Shown piece by piece: positions 14,879 through 26,800 of a DNA stretch of 64,000 bases. The notes below the pieces were generated by a model. That model did not search any database. It was not told the origin of the DNA and was given only the letters and a program-made list of their open reading frames with translations. The position numbers and the translations under genes were made by a program. Location of the stretch: positions 50,154,159-50,218,158 of the forward strand of contig NC_068999.1 in the NCBI RefSeq assembly GCF_001194135.2, given 5' to 3'. The stretch comes from Octopus bimaculoides. Its lineage: Eukaryota. Position 1 is the first letter of the stretch. Every line of letters begins with the position of its first letter.

Positions 14879-15818
14879 TTGCTATTACTGTTGCCGCTCG
14901 AAGTAGTACTAATAATGTTAATACTACTTTTACTACTGCTACTACTACTACTGTTGCTACTGCTAATGTCACTGCTGCTCTTATTATTATTATTGTTATT
15001 ATTTGTTTTACTGCTGCTCTTTGGAGAAGTCACTTGGCTCGGCATGTCTGTTTCAATTTCCTCAATGAAATGATATGTGTCCAAGTCAATCTGAGCCTGG
15101 GCCAGTGAGCTGCTCAGAAGGTCCAATGGTTTAGATGAAGTTGAGCTGGTGGTGGTGATGGTAGCGGTGACAGAGGAGGCAGGAGTGCTAGCGGTGGTAG
15201 TAACAGAGACAGTCGTAGTGGTGGTGGTGGTGGCAGTGGTGGCCGTTGTGGTGGTAGTGGTGGTGGTGGTGGTGGCGGCAGTGGTGGTGTTAGAGAGAGA
15301 TGTAGGAAGGAGAGAGGAGGAGGAGGAAGACGACGACGACGCAGTAGTAGAAGAAGAAGAAGCACCGAGCATGTGCACCAAAGATGAAGTTGATGCCGAG
15401 ATGACCGAAGTCAACGGAAATGGTGAGGTCGAAGACCTGCTATTGTCAGCAAAACTGCTACTGCTGCCACTGCTGCTACTACCACCACTGACACTACTAC
15501 CACCACTACCACTGCTACCATCCTTACTATCACCACCACTGCCACTGCCACCCCCACCACCGACAGTGCTTGATATTCTGTTGTCTTGAGTGTGGCTCGA
15601 GATGATAATCTGCTTGGCAACAACCGGAGTGTTTGCAACAGTGGTGGTGGTAGTGTTTGTGGTAGAGGTGTTGCTGCTGGTACTGCTCTGGCTAAGGGTC
15701 TGAACAGTGTTGGTGCTTGTGGTCGAAGAACCTGTTGTCACAGATGATGGAACCACCTGGCAAAATAAAAATAAATTTTCATTATTTTATTTAGTTACGT
15801 ATATATATATATATTTAC

Positions 15819-15859
<41 letters not shown>

Positions 15860-18800
15860 GTGGTAACAAAAAGTTCCAGGATTAGCTCTGTAACATGCCA
15901 ACAGATGGCAGCACACAGTTGTCTGCGCAGTGAAAGCTAGCAGTGACCTCCATGAGGCAGTGTGCCGAACGACATTGCTGCGTTTACTTTGAATGTTGTG
16001 AAATTTGTGTTTTTGTGATCACATGTAGGCTGCAGTCTGCAATTCTGTCAGGGATTGGAAGTTGGAACAAAGAGCCAATGTAAGAATTTTGGGTTAAAGT
16101 CGGGAAGTCTGCTACAGAGACATTGAGCATGCTTCGGTAGGCTTACGGCGATGAGGCAACAAGGTCATATGCAATGTTTCGAGTGGTACAGGTGCTTCAA
16201 AAGAGGAAGAACGTCCCTGGAAGACAACGAGCGATCTTGAAGACCTTCCTGAAGTGCCACTCCCAGAAATGTGATCTTGTATGTTGAGAATTCGTCCCCC
16301 TGCCTCCAGGCCAGACCATCAACTGAAAGTTCCACTGTGACATTTGGAAGCGCTTGAAGGAGGACATTCATCAAACAGCAACAGGATCTGTGGAGTGCAA
16401 AGAATTGGATTCTTCAGAGCTCTCCTCACTCGTGAGTTCCTCGCCAAAAACATGGTATCGCTTCTGCACCTGCCCTATTCACCAGATTTAGCGATTTTAG
16501 ATTTGCCCTATTCCCAAAGATGAAAATGCAAATCAAAGGTCATTGTCTTAACATCGTTGTGAAGATCCAGAGCAAATTGCAGAAGGTCCTCGACCTGCTT
16601 ACGGCAAATGACTTCTAAGGTGGATTCCAAAAGTGGTAGGAATGCTGGGATTGGGGTACTGCTGCACAAGGTGACTATTTCAAAGGAGATGATGTTAAAA
16701 CTCAGGTAAATAAGTTACTCTTTTTATTAAACATAACTTGTCCAGGAACATCTTGATACCACTTCGTACATATATGCTACTTTCATAGTCAGGCAACTGC
16801 AAGAGAAGTACTTAGCTTAAAACAAACCGTTATACTTGGTATTTGTTGATCTAGAGTGCCCGGTTGTGTGATATGGTGGACTATGAGGAGGCTAGGGGTA
16901 GATAAGCAGCTTGTGAAAGCTGTACAGGCCATGTACAGAGATGCTGTCAGTAAGGTGAGAGTTAACCACGAGTATAGTGAAGAATTTGGTGTACAGATAG
17001 GCATTCCTCAGTCTCGTCCTTTTCATCATTGTCCTCCAGGTAATAATAGAGGAATTCAAGACTGGCAGTCTCTGGGAACAACTATACGCTGATGATCTTG
17101 GCCTCATAGCAGATTCTATATCAAAGATAGAAAAGAAATTCCAGGTGTGGAAGCAAAACCTGGAATCTAAGGGCCTCAAGGTTAATTTAGCAAAGACTAA
17201 GGTTTTAGTATGCAAAAAAACAGACAGGATCCTATCCACTTCACATAAGTAGCCCTGCTTTGATGATGCCTGATCATCAATATAGCCATGACACATGAAG
17301 ATGAATAAGATGAGACTGGCTTAGACTGGATGAAAAAAAAAAGCTATATGAAGAGGGCTGGAACCAAGAAACCCCAGAATCCAAGAAGTATTTGATGAAA
17401 GAATTTAACTGATGCCTTTTCATCCCATGGAAGCAGGGACGGTAAAATCAGAGAAGTACGATTCTAATGCAGAGAGATCCATCAACATTAATTAAATGGT
17501 TAATAACAGTCTGAGCTGCTACAAGGCTATTTAAAACGAGAGAAAACTGACTTCAAAAGAACCCCCATCCTCTCTCGGTAGTAGAATCAATACATAAATC
17601 TACAACACCAGGTCTATCATCTTTAACAGAAACCAATTCTCCACCTTCTTTCCCTTTACAATCCAATTAACTCTTTAGCATTTAAACTGGCTAGATCTCA
17701 CCTCTCACACCTACTCCACAATCTTGTTCTAAAACTATACAATCATATCACTAAAATTTCAAAGCTATAAGATAATGCATGATTAATTCAAAACAATGTG
17801 AATAAATAAGCATTGCATTTGACAGAGTAATCTGAACACTAAAGGGTTAATGTTCATCTTAGCTATGAACCATGTATGATCTCTCCAGGATACAAGACAT
17901 CAATGGGAACAAAAGCATTCATTATCTTCCGTTTTCTATTCTAACCATTTAAGTGATTCTTTAACTCTTCAGCATTCGCATTACTGTCAAATGCAATGCT
18001 TATTTATTGACATTGTTTTGAATTAATCATGCATTTTCTCATAATTTTGAAATTTCAATGATGTGACTCTATTTTTAGAATGACATTGTAGGTTTGAACA
18101 TAAAACAGGTAGAATACTTGAGCTGGATTTGGCCAATTTAAATGCTAAAAAATGAATGAGTTTTTTTTTTATACTTTCCCACATACAAACACTCATTCTC
18201 TCTTTCTCTTCCTCAATAATAAATACTGAAGTTACATGTACTACAACTACTACAATTAAGAAATCATCATCATCATTTAGCATCTGCTTTACATGCTGGC
18301 ATGGGTTAGACGCTTTGACCGAAACAGGTAAGCTGGAGAGCTGCACCAGGTTCCAACACTGTCATTCATCATCATCACTGAATGTCCATTGTCCACGCTG
18401 GCATGGGTTGGATGGCTTGACCAGACTCCAACCCAATTCGGCATGGTTTCTACAGTTTGATGCCCTTCCTAAAACCAACTTCTCCAAGAGTGTAGTGGGT
18501 GCTTTTACATGCCTTCTTATGTTTAAAATGTCTTAAGCCATATATATACAACACACCAAGACAAGCATTTGACTAGCCAACACTAGATGCAAACTGCAAC
18601 TTACATAAGACCAGAACTCCTTCACAACCCGGGGACTGTCAGTGCCTATGTGCACAAATGCTTATGGCAAAAAGTGGTACTTTTACAAATCAATCACTCA
18701 CAAAATGCAACTGCACACAAACATGAAACAATTGTTGACCAATGCAACCATGTAAAAGTGAACATTAAAATTATGATCTAACACACACACACACAGAGAA

Positions 18801-20778
18801 AGAGCTAGACTAATACAGGATCTATACTATTTACTCAACATAATAGAAAGCCTTGAGTTCAGTGTGAGGCACCATCTGATTTTGAAAGACTATTACCTAT
18901 TACTTCCTATATTATAGATTAATTATAAAGCATTTCCTTGTATGTTGTGAACATGTTTCTGAAAATATTTTATGACTAAAAAATAGAGAATTGGGTTGTA
19001 TGTTTACTTTATTGTTTCGGTTGCATGTTTCACATCAAATAAACAAAAACCAAGAAACAGAGTTGAGGAAAGTATCCAACAATGCAAGGATAAAAGACAG
19101 TTGAGAGGGAGAGGGAGAGGGTGAGAGGAGAGAGTGAGAATTGGCCAAAAGGAAAAGAAAATAAGATACAACTAAAGATCTAAAAATGGACAGACACAAT
19201 TAATGAGAAAAATTAAGGAAAGAAATCTAAGGACAGATTCTGAGAGAGAGAGAGAAAGACAGAGAGAATTCAGGAGTAAGTAACAGAAAGCTAAAGGGAA
19301 AGGGTGGGAGAATCAAAGAGAGAGAGAGAGAGAGCTAATGAGGAGGGGGCTGAAGTATTTTCACCCTTGCACTGTACTGAATGACAACTAAACAGGGGAA
19401 TGGGTGGGAAAATGCTGCCAGACTTAGCGACTGAAAGAGTGAGGGTGTGGAATATGTTACCAGACTTACTGACTGCACAAGAGAGGAAGGTCTGAGAAAA
19501 AAAAAAGAAAAAAAAAAAACAGAGGGAAAGGGAAGCTACAGTGTGCAGCAGTATGTGGCTATTCAGTTTTCATTTCTAAAGTAAAATTTCATATTGTACA
19601 GAAAAAAAGTTATTTATACAGAGAAACAACTAATAAACAGATTTAGTTCTTTAGCATTCAGATTACTGTCAAATATAATGCTTATTCATTCACATATTTA
19701 CAAATTAATCATGTATTATGTTGTACCTTAGAGATTTCAAAGATGTGATTGCTTATTTTTAGAGTGACATTGCAGGGTAGGTGTGATATACTAGATCTGG
19801 CCAGTTTAAACATAAAACAGGATTTGGGACAGATATGATTGGTTTAAATGCTAAAGAGTTTTAAAAAATCTTAAATTATCTTGGTATTTAAATTGACTCT
19901 ATATTTTCCACCAAAAAACAAAATAAAACCCCACTGAAATGTGCTCTAAAATGGCCAAAGACAGCTGGTTATCAGAAAACAGTAAAAGAACAAAAAACAA
20001 AAAGTGCTAAAACCCTTTTCGTACCAACTCTGCTTGAAAATGGTCCTTAATTTATAGCTCAATACCCGTTTTCAAATGTTCATATTAAAAACATTGCAGC
20101 ATATTTTTATATAAGAACATTTTGTTAACTTATATTTCAAACACCAAAATGGAGAAGCTAGTTATTTGAATGAAATCCCTCCAAATATTTGAAAACTCAT
20201 CAAGGCAGGCAGAAAGTACTTTCTTTAGTCAGGAGAAAGTCAATGGACAAACCGTATAAAAGAGTCCAGTCTGAGGATCGAGTTCCCCTTGTAACAGCTC
20301 TTGGTTCATAGAGGTGGAGAGCTGCTCAACTAGATCTGTTGGCACTGGTGTTGAGGGAGGAGTTTCAGTAGAGATGGGTACTTCAACAGTATTGGAGACA
20401 TCAGGAGTGGAAACTGTAACCTACGAATCACAGCAGCATTAAAAAAAAAAAAAAAAACAGAAAAAAAAACTGTAAAACTTAATATAAAATTATAAAATGA
20501 AATATAAAAAAAAAACAAACTTAAAAAGAAAAACACATAAAAGTGATAAATTTATTTGTGTTAGAGAAGAGTGATGTATGTTTGCCAGCATAGGTGCAGG
20601 AGTGGTTGTATGGTAAGTAGCTTGCTTACCAACCACATGGTTCCAGGTTCAGTCCCACTGCGTGGCACCTTGGGCAAGTGTCTTCTACTACATCCTCGGG
20701 CCAAACAATGTCTTCTGAGTGGATTTGATAGACGGAAACTGAAAAANNNNNNNNNNNNNNNNNNNNNNNNNNNNNNNN

Positions 20779-20847
<69 letters not shown>

Positions 20848-23800
20848 GGTGTGTGTTGTGTTTTCCCCCCATCATCACTTGACAACCGATGCTGGTGTGT
20901 TTACATCCCCGTAACTTAGCGGTCAGATGGAATTTGTTGAGGCAGATTTTGTACAGCTGGATGCCCTTCTTATCACCAACCCTCACCTGTTTCCAAGCAA
21001 TTAGCAGCAGCAGCATCATTTATTGAGGGAAGAGAGAGAATTAAAAAGAAAGCCCCCACCACCACCATAATTGTATGAATTACCGTGCGTAGAACACAAA
21101 TTCATAAAAATATTCTGAAAATCCCAAAACATAAACAAGTGATGAAGGGTGCTTTAAAAAAAAAAAACACTCATTTTACATTACGATAAAGATGCAAGTT
21201 GCAAGGAAGATAATATTCCCGAGTAATCTCCCTTACTGACTGCATCTTTTTTTTTTTTCTAGATACCACTCTTTTTTTTTTAAGTCAGAAATAGTGATTA
21301 ATTAGGTTGTACCACATTTTTAAAAACGACAAACATAAAGCTTAAGAAAAACCATAGTTAATGTTTGACATTTTTTATAAACGAATGATCCACAATTCGT
21401 AAACAATAGCGTTTTTCTGTATTTTTTCCTAAAATTTTTACTTGCAAAACGTGGTTTTAACTTTCATAGCTGCAGTCTTACTGAAACTAGTATAAGAACG
21501 AACGTACGCACACCACACACACATATATATATATATATATACATACATGTATACATATAGGCTTCTTTCAATTTGTCTACCAAATCCACTCACAAGGGTT
21601 TGGTTGGCCTGAAGCGACAGTAGAAAATACTTGCCCATGGTAGAAGATACATAAAACAGGTAGAATATTTGGGCCAGATATAGCTGAATTAAATAGCTGA
21701 TGTCAAATAGTGGTCGCATCAGCAACACAAAATAGGTGGCACCAACACAGGTGCACCAAAATGTCTCGTACCCAGCACATGCATTACTTTCAACCTCACC
21801 TGCATCGGTTCTTCAATCTGTTTAGAAATGCTGAGTGGAAATGTGGAAGAATTGAGAAAACTGAGTGGGTCGACCGAACCGCCGATAGAAGAAGCTGGAG
21901 CGTCTTTTTCTTCTTGACTTAAAATGCTCAGAGCCTGATCTGCACAGGGATGAAAAGAAAAGAAAAAAAAAAGAGAAAAAAGGGAAAATTATAGAAATAC
22001 ATACATACATGTACACAGTGATACATACATACATACACACATACATATATGCATACATACATACATGTACACAGTGAATGAATCATGAGTTTGGCATGAA
22101 CAGACACTCACCCACACAATTTACTCCTACATACTTCTAATACAAAATGACCCCCACTCACCAGAAGCTGGGAACCAAGCTTTATTTATACTGTAATGAT
22201 TCCACGGCTTCATTATGAACTCATCCCTTTAATTAAAATTAATTTCTAAATTACATGTACAAGTGGGGTGCTGAAAAGTTCTTTAAAGGGTTATGCAAAA
22301 GACCTCATTGGAGGCCCAACCTTCTAAGTTCTTTCACAGGGCTTAGAAAAACTGAAGGACCACTCAATAAGTCTGTGAATCTGAGAAGGGGAATATGTTA
22401 GATAAAATCATAATTAACTGATCCTCCTATATTTCCTTTTACCCAACGCCAGGCACCTTCCAGCCCCTGCTCAAACTGCCCTTTATTTATTTTTCTTTTA
22501 ATAACTCACACAGAAACAAAAGTACCGTGCAGGACAGGTCTGCAGGGTCTCTGCAACTGAATGTGAGGAGGCAGGTAGGTGAAAGGAACCACAATTCATG
22601 AGATAACCCTGGACCGGAGACCCGGTCCAAATTGTCGTAAAACCACATTGTCATGTTAAATTAGAGAGCAGGTCAAGTTTCAGTTCTCTGTCCAAGAACC
22701 AGTTCAGGCCATCTGATAGGCATCCACTAATCTGACTCTATGGTAGAAGATACTTGTTCCAGGTGCCACACAGTTGGATAAAACATGGAACCATGAACAT
22801 GTAGCCTCGTTTATTTGCGATTCAATTATCACTGACAACATAGCATCCTCAACTGTGAACCGTGTACACTTATCACGGATCGATCTGCAATAAAATGAGT
22901 CAGCGATGAGTCAAAGATTAAGCTTATACTTCAAAAACACACCCCGGCAACCACTCACAATGCTCAGCTACCCAGAATGCGCTGACTATAACTAGTGTTT
23001 ACATGACCACACTGCGAGGTACCCTTTTACTGGTTTCAGTCAAAAACAATGATTTTGCAATAAATATATACAGAAAAAAAAAAAAAGAAAACAAAAAAAT
23101 AAAAATAACTTACCAAGGGTGTAAAAGTTCTGCTGATTTATTTGCTCAGAAAGATTTCCAAGGTCTGATGAACTGTTTGTAGTTTGTAACAGGAGAGAAT
23201 GAAAGTCAATCGGCAAAGGAACGAGGTTTGCATTGGTAGTATGTTTGTTCCAGACAAGATTCCATAGGAAGCGAGATATATGAAAAAAGAAAACAAAAAA
23301 AAAAATTATGAAGTACCATAGAGGATTTTAATTTAAATGAAATCAGATAATTATAAGTATCAATTAGGTTTTGGATAGAAATAGGCCAACAGAGTAAAAT
23401 AAATAAAACAGGTTATAGTATATAATTTGTTTAGACGGTTTATGATAAGTGCTCTGTAGTGCAATCAGATATGTGACCACATGATATGGTTGTATAGTAT
23501 AATTCACTAAACAGATACAAGAGATATACATCAATAAACATCCTCATCAAAGGTTTATTTGGTTATTTTAATTCATTAACTGATCCCTTGGTCAAATAGA
23601 CTGATAATTACTCAGAATAAATTCATAAGTAAAAACTGATGAGAAGACACATCATCGTTTAACGTCCGCCTTCCATGCTAGCATGGGTTGGACGATTTGA
23701 CTGGGGACTGGTGAAACCAGATGGCTACACCAGGCTCCAATCTGATCTGGCAGGGTTTCTACAGCTGGATGCCCTTCCTAACGCCAACCACTCCGAGAGT

Positions 23801-26800
23801 GTAGTGGGTGCTTTTACGTGCCACTGGCACAGGTGGTACTGGCAATGGTCACACTCAAAGTGGTGTATTTTATGTGTCACCTGCACAGGAGCCAGTCCAG
23901 TGGCACTGGCAATGACCTTGCTCGAATGCCTTTTCACGTGCCACCGGCACAAATGCCAGGAAGGTGATGCTGTTTTGTTTAAAGATATTAAGATTTGCAT
24001 GTCGAGACAAATAAAATGGCAGATTGCGCAGGGAGGGGGATAAGAATAGAGCACCATTCTTTACCTTCTAATGATCTCTTTCTCTTTGATTTGGAGGTTA
24101 CCGTTATTGGATTGGTGCTGCATCTCTAAGAGAGCCGAGATAGCATCTGTAGAAGAATCATTGGTATATGTGTTTGATTGGTCATCCGCGACATCATATT
24201 CAAACCACTCGTTGCTAGTGAGTGGCTGGGTGGAAACTGAAAAAAAACCCCAAAAAACTATCAACAAAATCACATGTTGTTATCATAATTAAGCTGATGT
24301 TTGAAATAAAACAAACATGAAACTTTAATGGCGGTTTTAATTCAGACCACTTTAAAACAGAGCGTTTGTACCCCAGAACCAGCGGTGGTGTCAGGCAGGT
24401 TGGTATGAAAAGGGTGAACACAGAAACTAACTTGAAGAAATAAGACCGGAAAGAAGAAAAAACAAAGCGATTTACAGGTTCAAAATTATCTTTCCAGGCT
24501 ATTTATTTATGTCACACGTAATTAAAGTGTGGGGAGGCGCAATGGCCTAGTGGTTAGGGCAGCAGACTTGCGGTCATAGGATCTCGGTTTTGATTCCCAG
24601 ACCGGGCGTTGTGAGTGTTTATTGAGCGAAAACACCTAAAGCTCCACGAGGCTCCAGCAGGATGGTGGTGAACCCTGCTGTACTCTTTCGCCCCAACTTT
24701 CTCTGACGCTTACTTCCTGTTTCTGTTGTGCCTGTAATTTAAAGGGTCAGCCTTGTCACACTGTGTTATGCTGAATATCACCGAGAACTACGTTAAGGGT
24801 ACACGTGTCTGTGGAGTGCTCAGCCACTTGCACGTTAATTTCACGAGCAGGCTGTTCCGNNNNNNNNNNNNNNNNNNNNNNNNNNNNNNNNNNNNNNNNN
24901 NNNNNNNNNNNNNNNNNNNNNNNNNNNNNNNNNNNNNNNNNNNNNNNNNNNNNNNNNNNNNNNNNNNNNNNNNNNNNNNNNNNNNNNNNNNNNNNNNNNN
25001 NNNNNNNNNNNNNNNNNNNNNNNNNNNNNNNNNNNNNNNNNNNNNNNNNNNNNNNNNNNNNNNNNNNNNNNNNNNNNNNNNNNNNNNNNNNNNNNNNNNN
25101 NNNNNNCAGCAGCGATAGCAACATCAGTAATTGCTATAGTAGAAGAAGTCTGCTGTGAGTCAGCAGAATGAGTGTCTGGCAGGATACCAGCGGCTTGAAT
25201 GAGTTCTGCCAGCAATGTAGAAGTCTTCCCGCCAGCACTGTCAACATCTGTGATTCGAGCCTGTTGCTGACGCTGTTCATGTGGATACAATGGATGAGTG
25301 AGAGACGGAGCAAAAGAAAATAGAAAAGTAAAACATATTAATATTTAAAAAATACAACAAAGAAACTTTGTTGTGCCTAGGGAGGGTCATAATGCCAATA
25401 TTATTAACACACACACACAATGGTTCAATTCCACTCCTTTGTTATTAATCAATTGGTTAAATATTCAACTAACTAATCGATTGTTTAATATGGTTAAGCA
25501 ATAAGTCATTTGTTTTGTTTTTGTTTGTCAAAACTCTTCCATTGTTACTTGCAACCCTTTCAATCACTTTTGACGTAGTCAGTTATGGAGGCCATGTTTG
25601 CTAGAGATCTTGTGTGCATGTATGTGTGTACCAGTGTGTGTGTGCGTGTGTATATCAATATTATCAACACACACACACTGGTTCAATTCTGGTCCTTTAT
25701 CATTAGTCAGTGCGTATGCTAATAATAATGGTACAATGACTCTCCCTAGACACAACAAAATTTGTTTCAACACACAAATTCACATAAAGAACATTGCAAA
25801 CCACATACAAAAACGAAACAAACTGTTTTACATTTATTTTTCTACACTTACATGGTTTTTGTTTATTATTTTTGTTATAGTTGATTGCCCCTTCTACTAC
25901 TAACCACAAAAATGAAAATTTATAATAAAATCTGTTTTTTGTCACTCAGGCATACTTTGACAAACTAAATAATGTGCTTTGCTCAGGAAAAAAAACACCA
26001 AGCAAGGTAATATTTCCCCACTGTGCAGAATATTAGAAACTATAAACAATAACAGGATGACAAGACAAAGAAACACACACAATGGGTTTCTTCCAGTTTC
26101 CGTCCAACACATCCACTCACAAGGATCTTCTGACCTAAGCCTATCTATAACAGAAGACACTTGCCCAAGGTGCCACACAGTGGGGCTGAACCCGGAACCA
26201 TGTGGTTGGGAAGCAAACCCCTTAACCACACAGCCACGCCTATTAACGTCTGTTATAGTAATGCTCGAACTCATCATAACTACACTAGCAACGATTCCCA
26301 CAAGAAATTTAAAAACAAAAACACTTTCATTAATTGAGGCAAATAACAACAACAACAACAGCAACAATAAAAGACTCACTACCACTACCTTCAATGACTC
26401 TGGAACTGTTGTGGTTACAATTATCTTTTTCTCTAGAGGAGACTTCAAAGAAGATACTGGACTACTTCCTTGACGATTATCATGTTTATGAATGAAACTT
26501 ACAAGTTCCTGAAAGAAGGAAGACAAAAACCAAAAAAAAAAAAAAAGAGTAAATAAATGGAAAAAAGAAATAATGATTTCTGTTAGCAATTAATCAACGG
26601 GCACTTTAGTGCAATAGACACAGACATGTCTGTTTGGATACAGAGTACGCCTCCTAACTAAGTGGCTTTTGAGTTCTGTCTCATTGCATGACACATTCAG
26701 AAAAACATCTTCAGTAGATTCAGTGAGTGAAATTGGTAGACAGAAACTGTGTGGAAGCCAATCACATATGTAAATAGACATTCTTTTATTGTTTTGCTTG

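Noticed and set aside
14666-15589. Poly-Leu and poly-Val ORFs on the + strand and alternative minus frames
   Set aside because: They are shadows of the trinucleotide repeats in EMSY exon 17.
23630-23650. CTGATGAG hammerhead core (also 5964)
   Set aside because: No matching GAAA and stem II/III arrangement was found nearby.
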